In this document: positions 25,468-41,031 of the stretch, piece by piece
Layout of the letters: each line of letters starts with the position of its first letter
Numbering within the stretch: the stretch's first letter is position 1
Assembly (NCBI GenBank): GCA_000182565.2
Contig: KQ257452.1
Source: Spizellomyces punctatus DAOM BR117
Lineage: Eukaryota
DNA length: 64,000 nt
Strand: one strand, 5' to 3'
Notes under the pieces: model-generated
The model's database searches: none
What the model saw: the letters and a program-made list of their open reading frames with translations, nothing else
What the model was told of the DNA's origin: nothing
Program-made: the position numbers and the translations under genes

Positions 25468-26970
25468 TCATAGACCCCTATTGAAATAGACTCGATCTAA
25501 GGGCAGTCCATCAGCACCTCTAATATACCGAAATTTCTCCTCAACCTTTTCAACTGGCATTGAGGCACGCTGGGGAAATAGTGCCACCGCTGATGGGAGC
25601 GCGACCAGGAGGGATGCCGCTATTATTCCTATGTTACAAAGACGGTGAGGACTTGGCAGTGAAAGTTGTGGTTACGGAGTTAGCAGGTACCTAGATTGAC
25701 GGGAGCATGGAGTCGGGGATATCGTCCCCAGAAAGCGGTCCTCTCAAGACGGGTCATGATCAACCCTGGAATAAAAACCACGGGGAAGGCGGTTGCCACC
25801 CGTGATATTGCCACCTGCATACATGCACAAACGTTTTAGAAACTCGAAGGGTTAGGTTCAGAGAGTCCTATTACGTGAAAACGTACCTGACCCACAGCGT
25901 TAACACCAGCCTTGGTAGACTTTCCAAGGGTGGTTCCATCTTTATCCTGCACGTCAATCCCATCCCTTATAATCACAGAAGCGTAAGCGCCGAATCGGTA
26001 CTTGTCAACAGCCCATCACCAACCTCAACTCTTTTGATCTCATCAAGATGACATTCAACGTTCCTGCCGCAGCAACAGCCCCAAAAGGTACTGCACGTCC
26101 CATGAGAGCCTGAGCTGAAGGTGACAAAGATTTCGCACGTTTGACCCATTCGTTGAGACCAACTGCTATGGTGCAGGATGATGCCACGGCGGTTATGTAG
26201 GCAGCTGCGGTACGTTGGAACCAAAGTGTCAAATACCGTGAATAAACAAATAAGAAGACCCGTCTTAGCGTACTAGCAGTTTCAGTCATGTTCATCTCAG
26301 TCGTCTTGTTCGCATTAAAGTAGTTGAATGCCACATTGACGCTCTGGTTTATCCACTGCCAGAACAGAATCCCTGCAATCTAGCGTGCCCACGTGTCAGG
26401 ACCCACATTTCTGTACTCTGAACAATACAATCTCAGATACCGATGGATTTGGTCGCAACATTCCCGCTACGATCGCAACATTGGTCGGAACAAACGACGC
26501 CATCCGGAATGGCAAGAGAATCTTCTCGCCCGTGTCTGGATGGTAGGTGCTGTCTACCACTATATCCACCATCAGCAGCGAGTAGCTAGCGCGGTCATCA
26601 AGATTTGCCAACCAACGTACACCGCTTGGCTCTCCATACTTCCTCCGCTCCTGCATCAACGCGTCCAGCCCGGTACTCCTCGATAAGCTTCTTGGCAGCC
26701 TCCAATTGGGCATTCGTCGCGAGGAGATTGCTACACGATTACAATTTCACTAATAATTAGCATACATTTCGGTCCAACACATCACAAAGAAAGCATACCG
26801 AGGATCTGTTATCTCTGAGAAATGCTTCAATCGTCCCCAATATGTGGATTGGTCATGTCTTGGTTTGTCTGTTACATTTGGCGGATATCATAATTAACAA
26901 AAGAATAGATCACGAAGAGATTTTACATTCAAGCAAGTGCATTACCCAAATCTATCCGTTCAGGTGCCAT
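25468..26970 (-). CDS. FSF1: Sideroflexin (mitochondrial tricarboxylate/serine carrier family), multi-exon
   Basis: MAPERIDLDKPRHDQSTYWGRLKHFSEITDPR, DSTYHPDTGEKILLPFRMASFVP, WQWINQSVNVAFNYFNAN, PFGAVAAAG and C-terminal VYFNRGL*. Confidence 0.93.
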
Positions 26971-29740
26971 GATGCCAATTGGGGAGATGGAAAAGGATCT
27001 GGATGCGTAGGAATGTAGCAAGAACAACCGCACACTGCCAAAGGGCGGTGATTAGGGCAGGTTGTACAAGCCGCGCTCACGTGTCTGCTTACGTGTACAG
27101 TACAGTACAAAGACGGATGTCGCCCAGCAAATAATATGCAAATAAACAATATTGGCAAGCACATGCGGTGGATATCCTGGGGTGCAATAAGGTAGTATGG
27201 AGTATTAAGCGGAACCTAGAATCAACGGCGGCGATGATGGTACTTTGGCTTGGTTTTCGCGGTCCACTTTTCATGTCTGAATTGAATTTAGATGCTAATC
27301 CATCTTTTCCTTGTTTGAAATGGTTGTTCTGTGTCAGTTATCTTTGTGATCCAAACGGGAAGTCGACATCGTGATCCAGAGCCTGCTTTCTTCTGACGCA
27401 GTTAGCCAGCGGCAGCTCTACGATCATCGCCTGGCGAGCTGTCGAGTTTTCTCGTCATGCAATCCTTGGAAATCGTTTCATACCGAGGCTGTTGTAACGT
27501 AAAACCAGATTATGAATATAGCGTCAGATGATCTTTATTGTACTGTATACGGGATCGGATAGTTTGATGCACCTTTTCCTCCGTCCTGAGGTGATGACAG
27601 TTCTCGGTTGCCGGTAGTCATCTCGTCTGTTGCATCGGTGCATCGGAAATCGCCAAGTCTAGGAGGAGCCTATTTCATGGAACGATTACTCCTTGATTGC
27701 TGGTATCTTGTGCTTTAGGACAGCAAAAGGATTATACTGTTTGATTGCATGACAATGGTGCAAGTAATCTTTAACCATCATACCCTAGGTCAGTCGAAAA
27801 CAGCCCCTCCATCTACTCAAAGATCCCCTAGATAGCGTTGGGATAGAGGCGCAACGTAATTGCCCGGGGTACACTTCTTTTCTTGGTTGACCTTCCTCAT
27901 TGACATTTGTTTGTGAACTTTTATCACTCCGGATGCTTCTGCACCTGGTTCGGAGAGTGCCATTGTATGCAGATTAAGCGTTCGCCTTTCCTTTGGCCCT
28001 TCTTTTACGGAACCTCTGAAGGCTGACCGCTCGCTATATTGATCGTTCTTGTGTTGGTTCTTCCAAGGCCTGACTTTCTGGACTTTTGAAGCCTCCCGTC
28101 AGAAAGTTTATTTTGTCTGGACAGAATCACGCATCTGCGTCTATCAGTCTGCACAATCTTGGGCCCGATGCCGCAAAAGAAGCAGAGCTGTGAGATACAG
28201 TCTGACAGTCTGGTGGACGATTGCGAAACATGCCAGTTTGCCTTGCTACTCAATGGCAAGTATGTTTCTGATTATGATTCCGCTTCTGACTTGTGATTTC
28301 TGAAGATAATGATGGAGTTCATTGATTGGGCAGACAACATACAGGCGGAGGAGTGGTGGGGAGTGTGATATCGAAACGGTATGAAACTTCAAGCGGAATC
28401 TGAATGTGTGGTGAGATTCCTTGTCTGTTAACCTCTTAATTGCATGACGTCCAGGTGTACGGGTGTCGAGAAGACTCCACAATATATCTGTACAAATAAG
28501 ACTCTTTTCCAACCACACCTGTCGTCGAAAGACTGAGATTGTCACGTGCAAGATTATGCTACCTGGCGGGCATTGATATTCTCCATCCCACTATCATCCA
28601 CCCGTGGTGATACTAGATGCGGAAGCAGCGATTTCTTGCTTTCCTACAACATTTACTTTGTTATTAGGAGGAAAGCCAGACACAACGGATCTGCGAGAGG
28701 GACGCGGTCGTGGCCGGCACCGACGCATTGCGTTCAAAGCCACCAAAGTGTTATGGTAAATGGCGGGCCATGATCAATATGCACAAGCACAAGGGCTAGC
28801 TGCCAAGGATTTAAAGTCGATCGACAATTGACACGGATCGCTCACAATGCAAGTTGATGTGATAACGAACGATTCGTATGCAAGCTGCAGAGTTGAAAGG
28901 GTGTCGGAATCGTCTCAGCCAGTGCGTTCCTTGTATGACAAATCACCTCATTCTGATAAATTGGGTGTTCAGCTCTCGCAGGAGTTGGAAAGCTCTCTCC
29001 TCTGCCAAGACACTGGGTGCCATTCGCTCCCTCAGGGATATTTCCACAACTGCAAGTCCCAAAAGGTGGACGACGCCATCGACCACTTTAGGCGGGTAGG
29101 GCACAAGTGTGAAATCCAGCATCAAAAGCCAACGAGTAAGCCGCATAGCTTGAAACCCCATCAATGACGGCAAAAGTAGTGCATTAACAAAAGAACCAAA
29201 AGTACCTAGAGTCAAATAGCCAAGTCATCCATTCTCGCCAGCTTTCGCCTAAAAGAAATTCGTTTGAAATCTTAAAACAATTGCGTCCAACAAGCTTAGT
29301 CGCGTGAGTGTTCAAGTGTTCAGGTGTGCTTTTTTCCATCGGGTTAATTGCAGGCGGAAGTGGTCGGCCGACTGTTTTTTTACTTTTCTTTTTTAAAGGT
29401 TGTTTAATGAGTTGTTGAGGAGGTGAGGACAAAAGCTGTTTCCTTTCCCCCGTTGAAACCAGTCGGTCGTAGCCATTGTTGTTGCTCTTTTAAACAAAAA
29501 AAACTTTTCAACCCAAATGTTGTGTCCGTCCCGGTGGGTTAACAAAAGATGAACCAAGTCGGCTTATTTTTGTAGGTCGAGTCGTCCGGATGGATGGTAA
29601 AATATATGACAAGGGCTGTCACTGGTCCCTTTCGTGTTGTTTCCTCCTCCAAATGTGCACCCACGATTGCTCGTCGTCCATTTAAACCTCATACCATACA
29701 GCGTTCCCGACGCCGAATTCTAGTGCTGTCCTACTAAATC

Positions 29741-32162
29741 ATGTCCTGTGGAAGGTTGACCTGGTGGTCAGTCGTGGCTTTCATTTCATTGCTGTGGCCG
29801 GCGTGTGTTGAGTCGCAAGGTAGTCAACAAAGAACAAGTAACCATGCATGCAAGTTGTAACTAATTCTGTGCTCCCTATCATCGTGTGTCGGCAATAGGA
29901 TGCAGAAACTACGACATTCCTAACGGCGTATGTGCTGGGCTGATTACATACCCTGTATCGCCCCTCCTTTCGGCAAGCTTTGCTGAAAAGGCACTCGAAA
30001 ACAATGGGATCCAGCTATTAAGAGTCTCCCTAGCGCCATATCCACAATGCTATGCAGCATACGTTGGTTGGGCATGCTCAGCGGCCTTTCCGAGATGTAC
30101 TGCGAGTGGTATGTGACTAGAAAGGTGTATTTGGGATGAGAACATACCACTCATGGTGTGGGACATTGATAGGTAACGGAACAATTGTGCGGCCACCTTG
30201 CAAGTCTACATGTTTAGAGGCGTCCATATATTGTAAAGAGATATTCGCCTTACTCGGCATTGCAGACCAGCTACCCAATTGCGAAGGTAGCATCCCAGGG
30301 ATGATGATTCCTTACCCGACACAGCCGGATCGCTGTGTTGCGCTCACAGTTAGTAAGTAAACATGGAAGTGGCCAATATCAACTGCAACAAGCGAATAAC
30401 ACTACATCTGCCAGGTGGTAACCAGTCAGAGCCTGCTAATCCACTCATACGTCTCGATCCGGTCACTGGAGAAACGACGGTTGTCAATCCACCCACCTGC
30501 CGCGCTCCCCTGGTTCCCAACCCTAACCCCGCACTCCCTCCAACAGCCCAGCGGGCTTGCTTCGGTGCATGCTGTATATCCTGTCCACACCTTGAAGCGT
30601 TCTTCCCACCAAATAAAATATCAAGCTATCTCAACGTAACCGATTCTTTGCGCGCCATCTCGGCAATCCTTTCGCTCTTCGTTTTGATATCCTATGCCCT
30701 GTTACCGGGAAAACGGGTGCATCCAACGGTCATTTTGCTATGGTTCGTGGCGGCGGTGTTCTTGTTCAGCGCTACCACGTTTTTCAATCTCGGCAGAAGA
30801 AAGGCAACCCAATGTGGTGACGATAACGTTTCTGAGGCTGATCAGGGTAACAACACCACATGTGCGGTGCAGGGAGCAGCATTGTTTTATGCATCTCAAG
30901 CGTCCATACTGTGGTGCGCTTATCTGATTTTGAATTTACATGTGGTAAGTGCTTGAACACTTTTCCGCAAGACGCCGGCTTCCCATCCACTAAAACTCAA
31001 TTGTTCATGTTCAAAAGACTACAGTCTGGAATTCACACTTTTTTGCGGATAAGTACCCCTTCATCCACACTATCTGCTGGGGAGTGCCTCTCGTAGTCAC
31101 AGCAGTAGGAATCTACCTCAAAGGCGTCGCCTTCCAGTTTGGGTCCCTCTGTTTCCTCTCTTCATCTCGCTCTTCCCCTCTGTTCTTTTACCCAATGTCG
31201 CCTTTCATTTTCCTCGGATTTGCTATCCATCTCTGGACGGTTTCTTACGTTGCAAGGGTTGCGGCAGAAGCAGGAGGTATTGGGTCTACGTCAGTAGGAG
31301 AAGGGAGTTCCGAAGGCTCCGCGCGGGGTGAGAGTACGAGACGCCGAGTGATGAAGATCTGGAGGACGAGTTGGAGGAGCATGTTACTTGTCACAATGTT
31401 TTTGACTACGTTTATGTATTTTTGGGTGAGTGTCCTTTGTGCATTTGATTTCGAGCGGTTTTTTGATGTTGATGGCATTTCCTTGCTTCCTCCCCTTGAT
31501 GTAACAGATGTTTTATTTTACACAAAATGATCGAGTGCAAAAAATTGGGCCTGGCACACCTTTCATCACCGAATGGCTAAAGTGCATCTTATCCTCCGAT
31601 GGCTCTCAAGAGACTTGTTCCAACATCCTAACGTAGGTTTCCTCGTCGAATACTGTAAAAGCGAGTGAATGTACAAAAACTAACATTATTTTGCAGTCCG
31701 CATCTCCCATCATACGTCGTGCTCGTCCTAGCTGATACCTTCCCCAGCCTAATGGGCATCTGGCTATTCATTATCTTTGGGCTACGAGGGAGCATTGTAG
31801 CCGAGTGGAAAGAATTTTTCCGACGAAGAAAGGAGCGAAACTTTGTTCGTGACCCTACTGCAAGTGGATCAGAGGTTGTTATGGGTCGATGGGCTGTAGA
31901 GGAGCATGTTGACAGGAAGGGTACACGGGAAATACGAACAAACAGCCGACCACAACCATCAAATTCTGGATTCGTGAAGGATAGTCGATCACAGCACCGC
32001 TATCCACCTCACTCTGCCCCTGCATATAACTCATACATGCAGTCCTCCTCGTACGACGATGCGGAGAGTGCGGAAACGACGTCGAGCAGCGTCCCTATGA
32101 TACGACCCACACCCGAATTTGTAAGACCGCCGCCCAGACCTGCTGGCAGGAGACTGGAATAG
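29741..32162 (+). CDS. Frizzled/Smoothened-like (class F) GPCR with signal peptide, cysteine-rich domain and 7TM
   Basis: Signal peptide MSCGRLTWWSVVAFISLLWPACVES; CRD segments CYAAYVGWACSAAFPRC and PPCKSTCLEASIYC; linker CCISCP; TM motifs KRVHPTVILLWF, CAVQG...ASILWC, IHTICWGVP, GSLCFL and FIIFGLR...EW. Confidence 0.85.
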
Positions 32163-32307
32163 TTGCATAATACATTAACCAGTACGACAGTCATGTAATC
32201 ATTTTTCTTCTTGGTTGGACAAGATAGCTAGGTAGAGTGTTCAGCTATGTACAGTTTTTTTTTTCTTCTTATAACAATGTAGAATGTTTTTGGCGTAAAC
32301 TATTTTT

Positions 32308-32863
32308 TCATGACCAATCTTGCCGCTTATACATCCCTGCACACGTCAGTCGATCCTCACCAGTAAAGTCCACCCAAAATTGACCATTCTTAATCTGAAC
32401 AGCTACCATAGACTTGCCATCAGCTACCGCAAATCCCGTCTGATTGATGCCTTCAAGGGGCTCAGAAGAGGTTTCGGACATGTTGCTTCGCATCCTGGTG
32501 TAGCTGGAAAGAGGATAGAGAGCGTCTCCATACCCGGACCCAAACCTGGGTCTAAAGACGGCAACGTGTAGGGTGTCATAAGAATTGACTGACTGCATTG
32601 TAGGCTAAAGTGCGAACATTTAGATGCAAACCCCCACACATACCTAACCAACAAAAAACCTACCCGCATTCTAAATCACCTTCGCTTCCATATTTTTGAC
32701 ATGTCACTCCATTCTGAATTGCAGTTGTCGAGTTCTTGAACAAACCCGTGCGGGCCACGGGAGTATATAACCCAGAAAAAGGACTCGTCGGGCCTGGCAA
32801 TTGCGCACTACACAAGTAAGAGAGGAAAGAGAATATAAAACTGCAAGACAGATGATTAAACAT
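32308..32863 (-). CDS. Small putatively secreted hypothetical protein (2 exons)
   Basis: Hydrophobic N-terminus MFNHLSCSFIFSFLSYLCSAQ. Two ORFs are separated by a GTAGGT...CAG intron, and the protein contains several Cys. Confidence 0.55.
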
Positions 32864-33411
32864 GGCGATTATGTGTTCGGGGTGAAGGTAGAGACGAAAG
32901 TCCTACAGTCGGTCAAACCTCCACGCGTGCTGACCAAGCAGTCCGCGCCACAAGAGCTGTCGATCACCTTACATAAGCACCCTCGTTGACGTTTTCGGAC
33001 AGCGAGAACCCCTTTTTTTGTTCTTTCAAGCTCCAGCTGCAGGACACCTTTGAGCAAAAGAAGCTCGCCACGGTGGTTTTCGGTTTCCTGGGATTTGACT
33101 TCCTGTAGCCTTTTGGTTTATCATCAGAATTGGTATCGTGTGGTTTATTGTCGGAAAACGGAAGCTGTCAAAACTCTTTGGGTAACAAACCATCTTTACC
33201 AGACTACAACGTGCGGGAACAAGAGCAACTAAAGTTGAGGCTTTAACTCTCTATTCTTTCTGCCATTGCAAATCCTGTGGTAAGTAGAAGTAGAATGTTA
33301 CTGCCATGCTTGTTTGAATTTACTTGGACCGTCGGAACCGTGGGAACTTTTTTTCCCACGCATCGTTTTCTCAACTACGGACGTGTTTAGTAGACTTTAA
33401 AGTACTTTCAA

Positions 33412-35222
<1,811 letters not shown>

Positions 35223-35478
35223 AAGAGACGTTAGAAGCGGTTAAGAAAGACTTGAAAACTCTGGAGGATTGGACAAAAATTGAATTTAAAGTAAATGAAG
35301 CGGGCAAATATAGCATATATTTCTTGTGAGCCCTTATATTCATTGCCATTGCAATGACCAGCGATCAAACCAAGCTTCAATGCGCAAGCACCATGCCGCT
35401 ATTCAGAATTTCAAGTCGATTCCATGTTCCAAAACTGTTTTCACCACATCTTTGATCCCAACCGTTTGTTCACCCTTC

Positions 35479-36348
35479 TCATTTCCCTCTTTTCCTACTC
35501 TCTGTTCGGTTTTGGTCAGAATCACCGTGATGTTCTGCACTGGGGGCAGCCGAATCCGCCATTGCATCAAATGTTACTGGGACAGTTAATTTTGCAGGTT
35601 CCTCGTCAATGACTTTGACTTTTTCGTGAGATTCTACCGCATGTGGATGATCTTTGGGATGATGGGGCGGAATCGTCGATTGAGGGACGGTGGCGGCACA
35701 GGGCTCTTCTTCAACAATCTTGGTATATGCGCTTTGTTCCATAGCGTCAAAAGTAACTGGTACGGTAAGCTTGGCCGGTTCTTCGTCCACTACTTGAATT
35801 TCATCCTCTGGAGGCGACTCCACTGCGTGCGGGTGTTTAGGATGGTGAGGCGGGATGGTCGACTCAGGTACACTTGCTGCACAAGGCTCCTCCTCGACAA
35901 TTGTTCGTGTCGCTTCTTCTTGAATGGCATCGAACGTGACGGGAACAGTTAATTTCGCTGGTTCCTCGTCAACGACTTTGATGCCTTCGGTTGGAGCCTC
36001 TACTGCATGAGGATGTCTGGGATGGTGCGGCGGAATGCAACTTTCAGGCCTAGTTGCTGCACAGGGCTCTTCTTCAATGACAATAATGTCCTTTTTGTGG
36101 TGTTTTTGCTGATAACGGCGTTGGCTGTCGGCCACGTTGAGCTCAACCTCCAAAATGGTAGTTGTACTGGTGGTGAAGCCGCCATGCAGGAGATTGACTT
36201 CGGCTTCACCAAAGCCGTGGGTTGCAATCATGGGGTCAGTGGAGGGGTGCGGAAGTTCTGCAAAAAGTGCCCTCGTTTCAGCGGCTTTGGATTTGAGAGG
36301 TGTGCCGGGGATGGTAGGAAGAGTGGGTATATCAGTAAGTGTTGCCAT
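35479..36348 (-). CDS. Hypothetical protein with three ~60-aa His/Cys/Glu-rich tandem repeats
   Basis: Intronless 289-aa ORF. EEEPCAA..P.S.IPPHHP.HPHAVE...(V/I)DEEPAKLTVPVTFDA occurs three times, with synonymous DNA divergence between copies. Confidence 0.85.
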   Translation of the reverse strand: MATLTDIPTLPTIPGTPLKSKAAETRALFAELPHPSTDPMIATHGFGEAEVNLLHGGFTTSTTTILEVELNVADSQRRYQQKHHKKDIIVIEEEPCAATRPESCIPPHHPRHPHAVEAPTEGIKVVDEEPAKLTVPVTFDAIQEEATRTIVEEEPCAASVPESTIPPHHPKHPHAVESPPEDEIQVVDEEPAKLTVPVTFDAMEQSAYTKIVEEEPCAATVPQSTIPPHHPKDHPHAVESHEKVKVIDEEPAKLTVPVTFDAMADSAAPSAEHHGDSDQNRTESRKRGK

Positions 36349-36832
36349 TTTTTGCTGAAATTATCGCTACCAATTTCGCTAGAGTCCTGTATGGTGAGAT
36401 TCGCGCTCGTTTGATGGAGAAAACTGCAGCAGGGACAAATCTGCGACAACCAGTGTCCTGCCGCGGCTGGATTTAGCTGAGCTGACAACTCCCGTAACGT
36501 AACAGAGCGCAATGTTCTGCTGCATCCCTTCACTCTGACGACATGGGGACCGAGTCCCTTGAATGCAGACGTGGTCTACGTCAACAAGATGCTGTTTCCT
36601 GTGGTCCGGGCTGGTTGCGGGAATAGTGGTACACATGTGCATACCGCATGTAGTTTGTCTTATTGACTACTTGTAAATATTTTTTGTGTGCTGTAATGCA
36701 TTGCTTCAGGGCCTATGATTGTACGTAAAAAGGAGGCTTGAAATGCTGTAAGGTTTTTCATACTACTGGAACTCAAATTGCGTTAAAGCCGGCAACCACC
36801 AAAGCAAGCACGCCCCGGTTCAGTTCACATCA

Positions 36833-37308
36833 ATGTCTGCCCAAAACAATCAAACGGTCCATCAGAAAACTAGCGGCAACGCCCCTAGAAGGAGAAAGAA
36901 GTTTGGAGACCTTGCCGAAGGGTTCGTCCCCAAAGGCGAACTACATAGCGATGCGTACAAGCCTCTGAACGATAAGGTATTGCATTCACCTTGACCTTTC
37001 TAACTTTCTCACGGCGACGGGAGTTAACACTCTATCAACAGTCCTTGTACCCGTCTGCAGAAGCCAAAGCGCACGGGGAAGCAACGAACGAACCTCTCGT
37101 CGGCGGGTTCAAGTACCAAGTTGAGAAGTATGTGATTGGGGAAGGTGCAATGCCACGCAAGCGAGGTTCCAAAGAATGGCAGCATGAAGATTTTGAGGAA
37201 ATCGATAGAGAAGTCCCACATGAAGAGCGAAGGGCCCCTCAGACGGTATGGGAGGCGAATGAAGAAGTTCGGGGATGGCATGCTACCGCTCCTAGGGAGC
37301 ACTGCTAA
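36833..37308 (+). CDS. Small hydrophilic hypothetical protein (2 exons, intron ~36977-37041)
   Basis: MSAQNNQTVHQKTSGNAPRRRKKFGDLAEGFVPKG...LNDK splices in frame (GTATTG...AACAG) to SLYPSAEAKAHGE...REHC*. Confidence 0.6.
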
Positions 37309-37424
37309 ATGATTGCTTCTTGACTGGAGCGGGTTTTGCGCAATGACCCAATTCCCTGTGATATATTCTCTGTCTCATGCGGTTTCCTTCGTGAGCGAAA
37401 AGTAAATATATCTCAAAATAAGTT

Positions 37425-38822
37425 CTATAATATTGCTTTCAAATCTTCCGTGTCTGCCAATGGACAATCCTCCAACTTTTGGCTGCCTGAAAGTCGCGGA
37501 TGTGATTCAAGTCCTTGCCCCTCCTCCATCGGTTCTCTCCATTTAAATCTTTGTATTGCGTCAGGGTACCTAGAGTCCGATTCTGGTTTTCCCTCCACTA
37601 CATCAGCAATAATCGGCCCTAGTACCGGAAAGAACTTGAACGCATGCCCGCTTCCTCCAGTTGCAAGGAATAGTCCCTCATGTCCTGGATAGGGTGTTAT
37701 AAAGAAATCAGAGTCAAAGGTATCTGTGTACCAACACAGTCGTGTGCGGAGAATGTTGAAGGAGTTGAGCTCAGGAAAGTTTTGCGCGAGGAAGGAACGG
37801 AAGCCAGATACAGCTCCCTTTGGTATGTCCATGTCGAGAGTTGATGGCATCGCCGTTCCTTCATGACGTATATACCCCGGACCATGATTGGCCACTTTCA
37901 ACACTCCATCCTTGAGGGGAAATCCGTAAAAACCTGTCCGAGGTACTTCTGCTGCCCAAACTGGGAAGTTGCTTGCGCTGTATTTTAGTTGCAGATGCTC
38001 TGGAACAGAGAGGTGAATGACTGGTTGTCCTGTCGCTACCATCACCTTCTTGAGACCGGGAAGCAAGGAGATCGATCGAGGCCCAGCAGCTACCAAAAGA
38101 TGGGAACACGCATGAAAGGTTTGATCACTGGTCCTTATTCCCATTACCGAGCATGACCTTATCGAATCTTTTGTCATTATTGCCTCAACCCTCCCAGCGT
38201 CCCCAGTGACGAATTGAACTCCTGCTGTTTTTGCCAGTTCTGCCACGTACTCTACCGCCAGCGAAGCATCAACGTATCCAGCCATTTTGCTCAAGTATCC
38301 ACCAGGAAAGTTCCTCGTGACGTCCTTAAATCCTTGATACTTTTCTGCAACGCCACTGTCCGAAAAGACCTCGACCTCGTCCTCATATCCAGCTTTCCTT
38401 AATGCCGCGACCGAATCGGCCTCAAAACTATTTTCACATAAAGGACTGTTTGACGATAGAAACACTGCTCCAGACTGAACAAATATTTCTTTTCCCGTTT
38501 GTCGATAACACTCTTCCGACCAGTCTTTCCAACGATTTACAGCGGCAATAGCTAAATTTTGATAAAGTATGTCGTTGCCGTGGTCGGGACGTACTATTTT
38601 CGAAATGTCCGTTGATGCGGCTGCCAGCAAAACTTTAATGATGGGCAGACGTTAATGAGCGGGATATGCACGCTTACCATCTTGAACTGGAATTGTATGT
38701 CGATCAAATATGGTTACACGATAGCCCCGCAACCGTAGTTCCAACGCTGCTGACAATCCAAAGATTCCCGAGCCGATGATGGCAATATGTGAGGTTTCCT
38801 CGTCCTCCTTGACCAGCATCAT
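37425..38822 (-). CDS. FAD-dependent sarcosine/L-pipecolate/fructosyl-amino-acid oxidase family
   Basis: IAIIGSGIFGLSAALEL, ASTDISKIVR, GFYGFP, RLCWYTDTFDSDF and ATGGSGHAFKFFPVLG; one intron near the 5' end. Confidence 0.92.
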
Positions 38823-39046
38823 TCGCAAACCTATCAGCAGCTCGAGACCATGCTCAGGACGGCGATGTCACACCTTGGCAGATGTCTTGAGGGCAAAAAT
38901 TGATCCACGTAATATGGAAATAATTCTGATTGGCTGCAACCCCACGTCAGCAGTGATGAACGCTGATTGGCCCATTCTGACTTATAAGCTGAACTTGTGC
39001 CCTTCCGTTCTGCATCTTTGTTGTCCTTCCCACATCTTCAGAAATC
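38823..39046. promoter_or_regulatory. Compact bidirectional promoter between the oxidase and GAPDH genes
   Basis: The start codons are ~225 bp apart. Two CTGATTGGC (reverse CCAAT) boxes lie at ~38926 and ~38963, and CCACGT(A/C)A motifs at ~38905 and ~38942. Confidence 0.5.
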
Positions 39047-40398
<1,352 letters not shown>

Positions 40399-41031
40399 GT
40401 CATCAATTACCGAGCTACCATATTGTGGTCAAATTTAAGATTGTTTTGTCAAAATGAAAGGACGCCTTTTTACTATTAGACAACCTTAATGTGATTATGG
40501 GATCCGCTTTGAGAAATCCCTCTCCCGCGGTCCAGATATACCATATGTGTAGTTCTGAGAATTTCGCAACATTATTCGCAGCATCTGTTCACACATCCCT
40601 TGTTGCTGTCCAAGGATCTACTTTGCAAATATCTATTGTTCGCAAAATCAAAAATTTTGATTGTCCCCCAAAATGACCGGAACTTAGGATGCTGGATGAA
40701 TGGCTAGGCTCGTCTTACATGGAGGCGTTTGGGGATCATCAATGCAATAAATCCAAGAATCATAGAAGTGATTGCTCGGATAAGTGCTCAGCACCCACGA
40801 GCGTTTGACATATAGTGCCGCGTATCCTCCATAACTTCTCTGCGTCAATTCATATCAAGAATAAGGGTCGGGTTCCAAACAAGTGGACACCGTGATTCTG
40901 CCATGTTTGCGGCGTTTGCTACCTGTCAGTCAGGAAATTACATGTATGAAAGGTGGGAACTGGTATAATTTAAGGTGCTGTGGGTTCGAAACCTCCGGGA
41001 GGTCCGACAACCTAGCTTCCAATTAGTTGAT

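Noticed and set aside
27200..29500. Short ORFs in the sideroflexin-GPCR interval (e.g. 28847..29167)
   Set aside because: They have no recognisable motifs and no consistent splice model, so I treated the interval as non-coding pending RNA-seq.
30515..30530. CCCAACCCTAACCCC telomere-like sequence
   Set aside because: It is a single unit explained by Pro-Asn-Pro-Asn-Pro codons in the GPCR linker.
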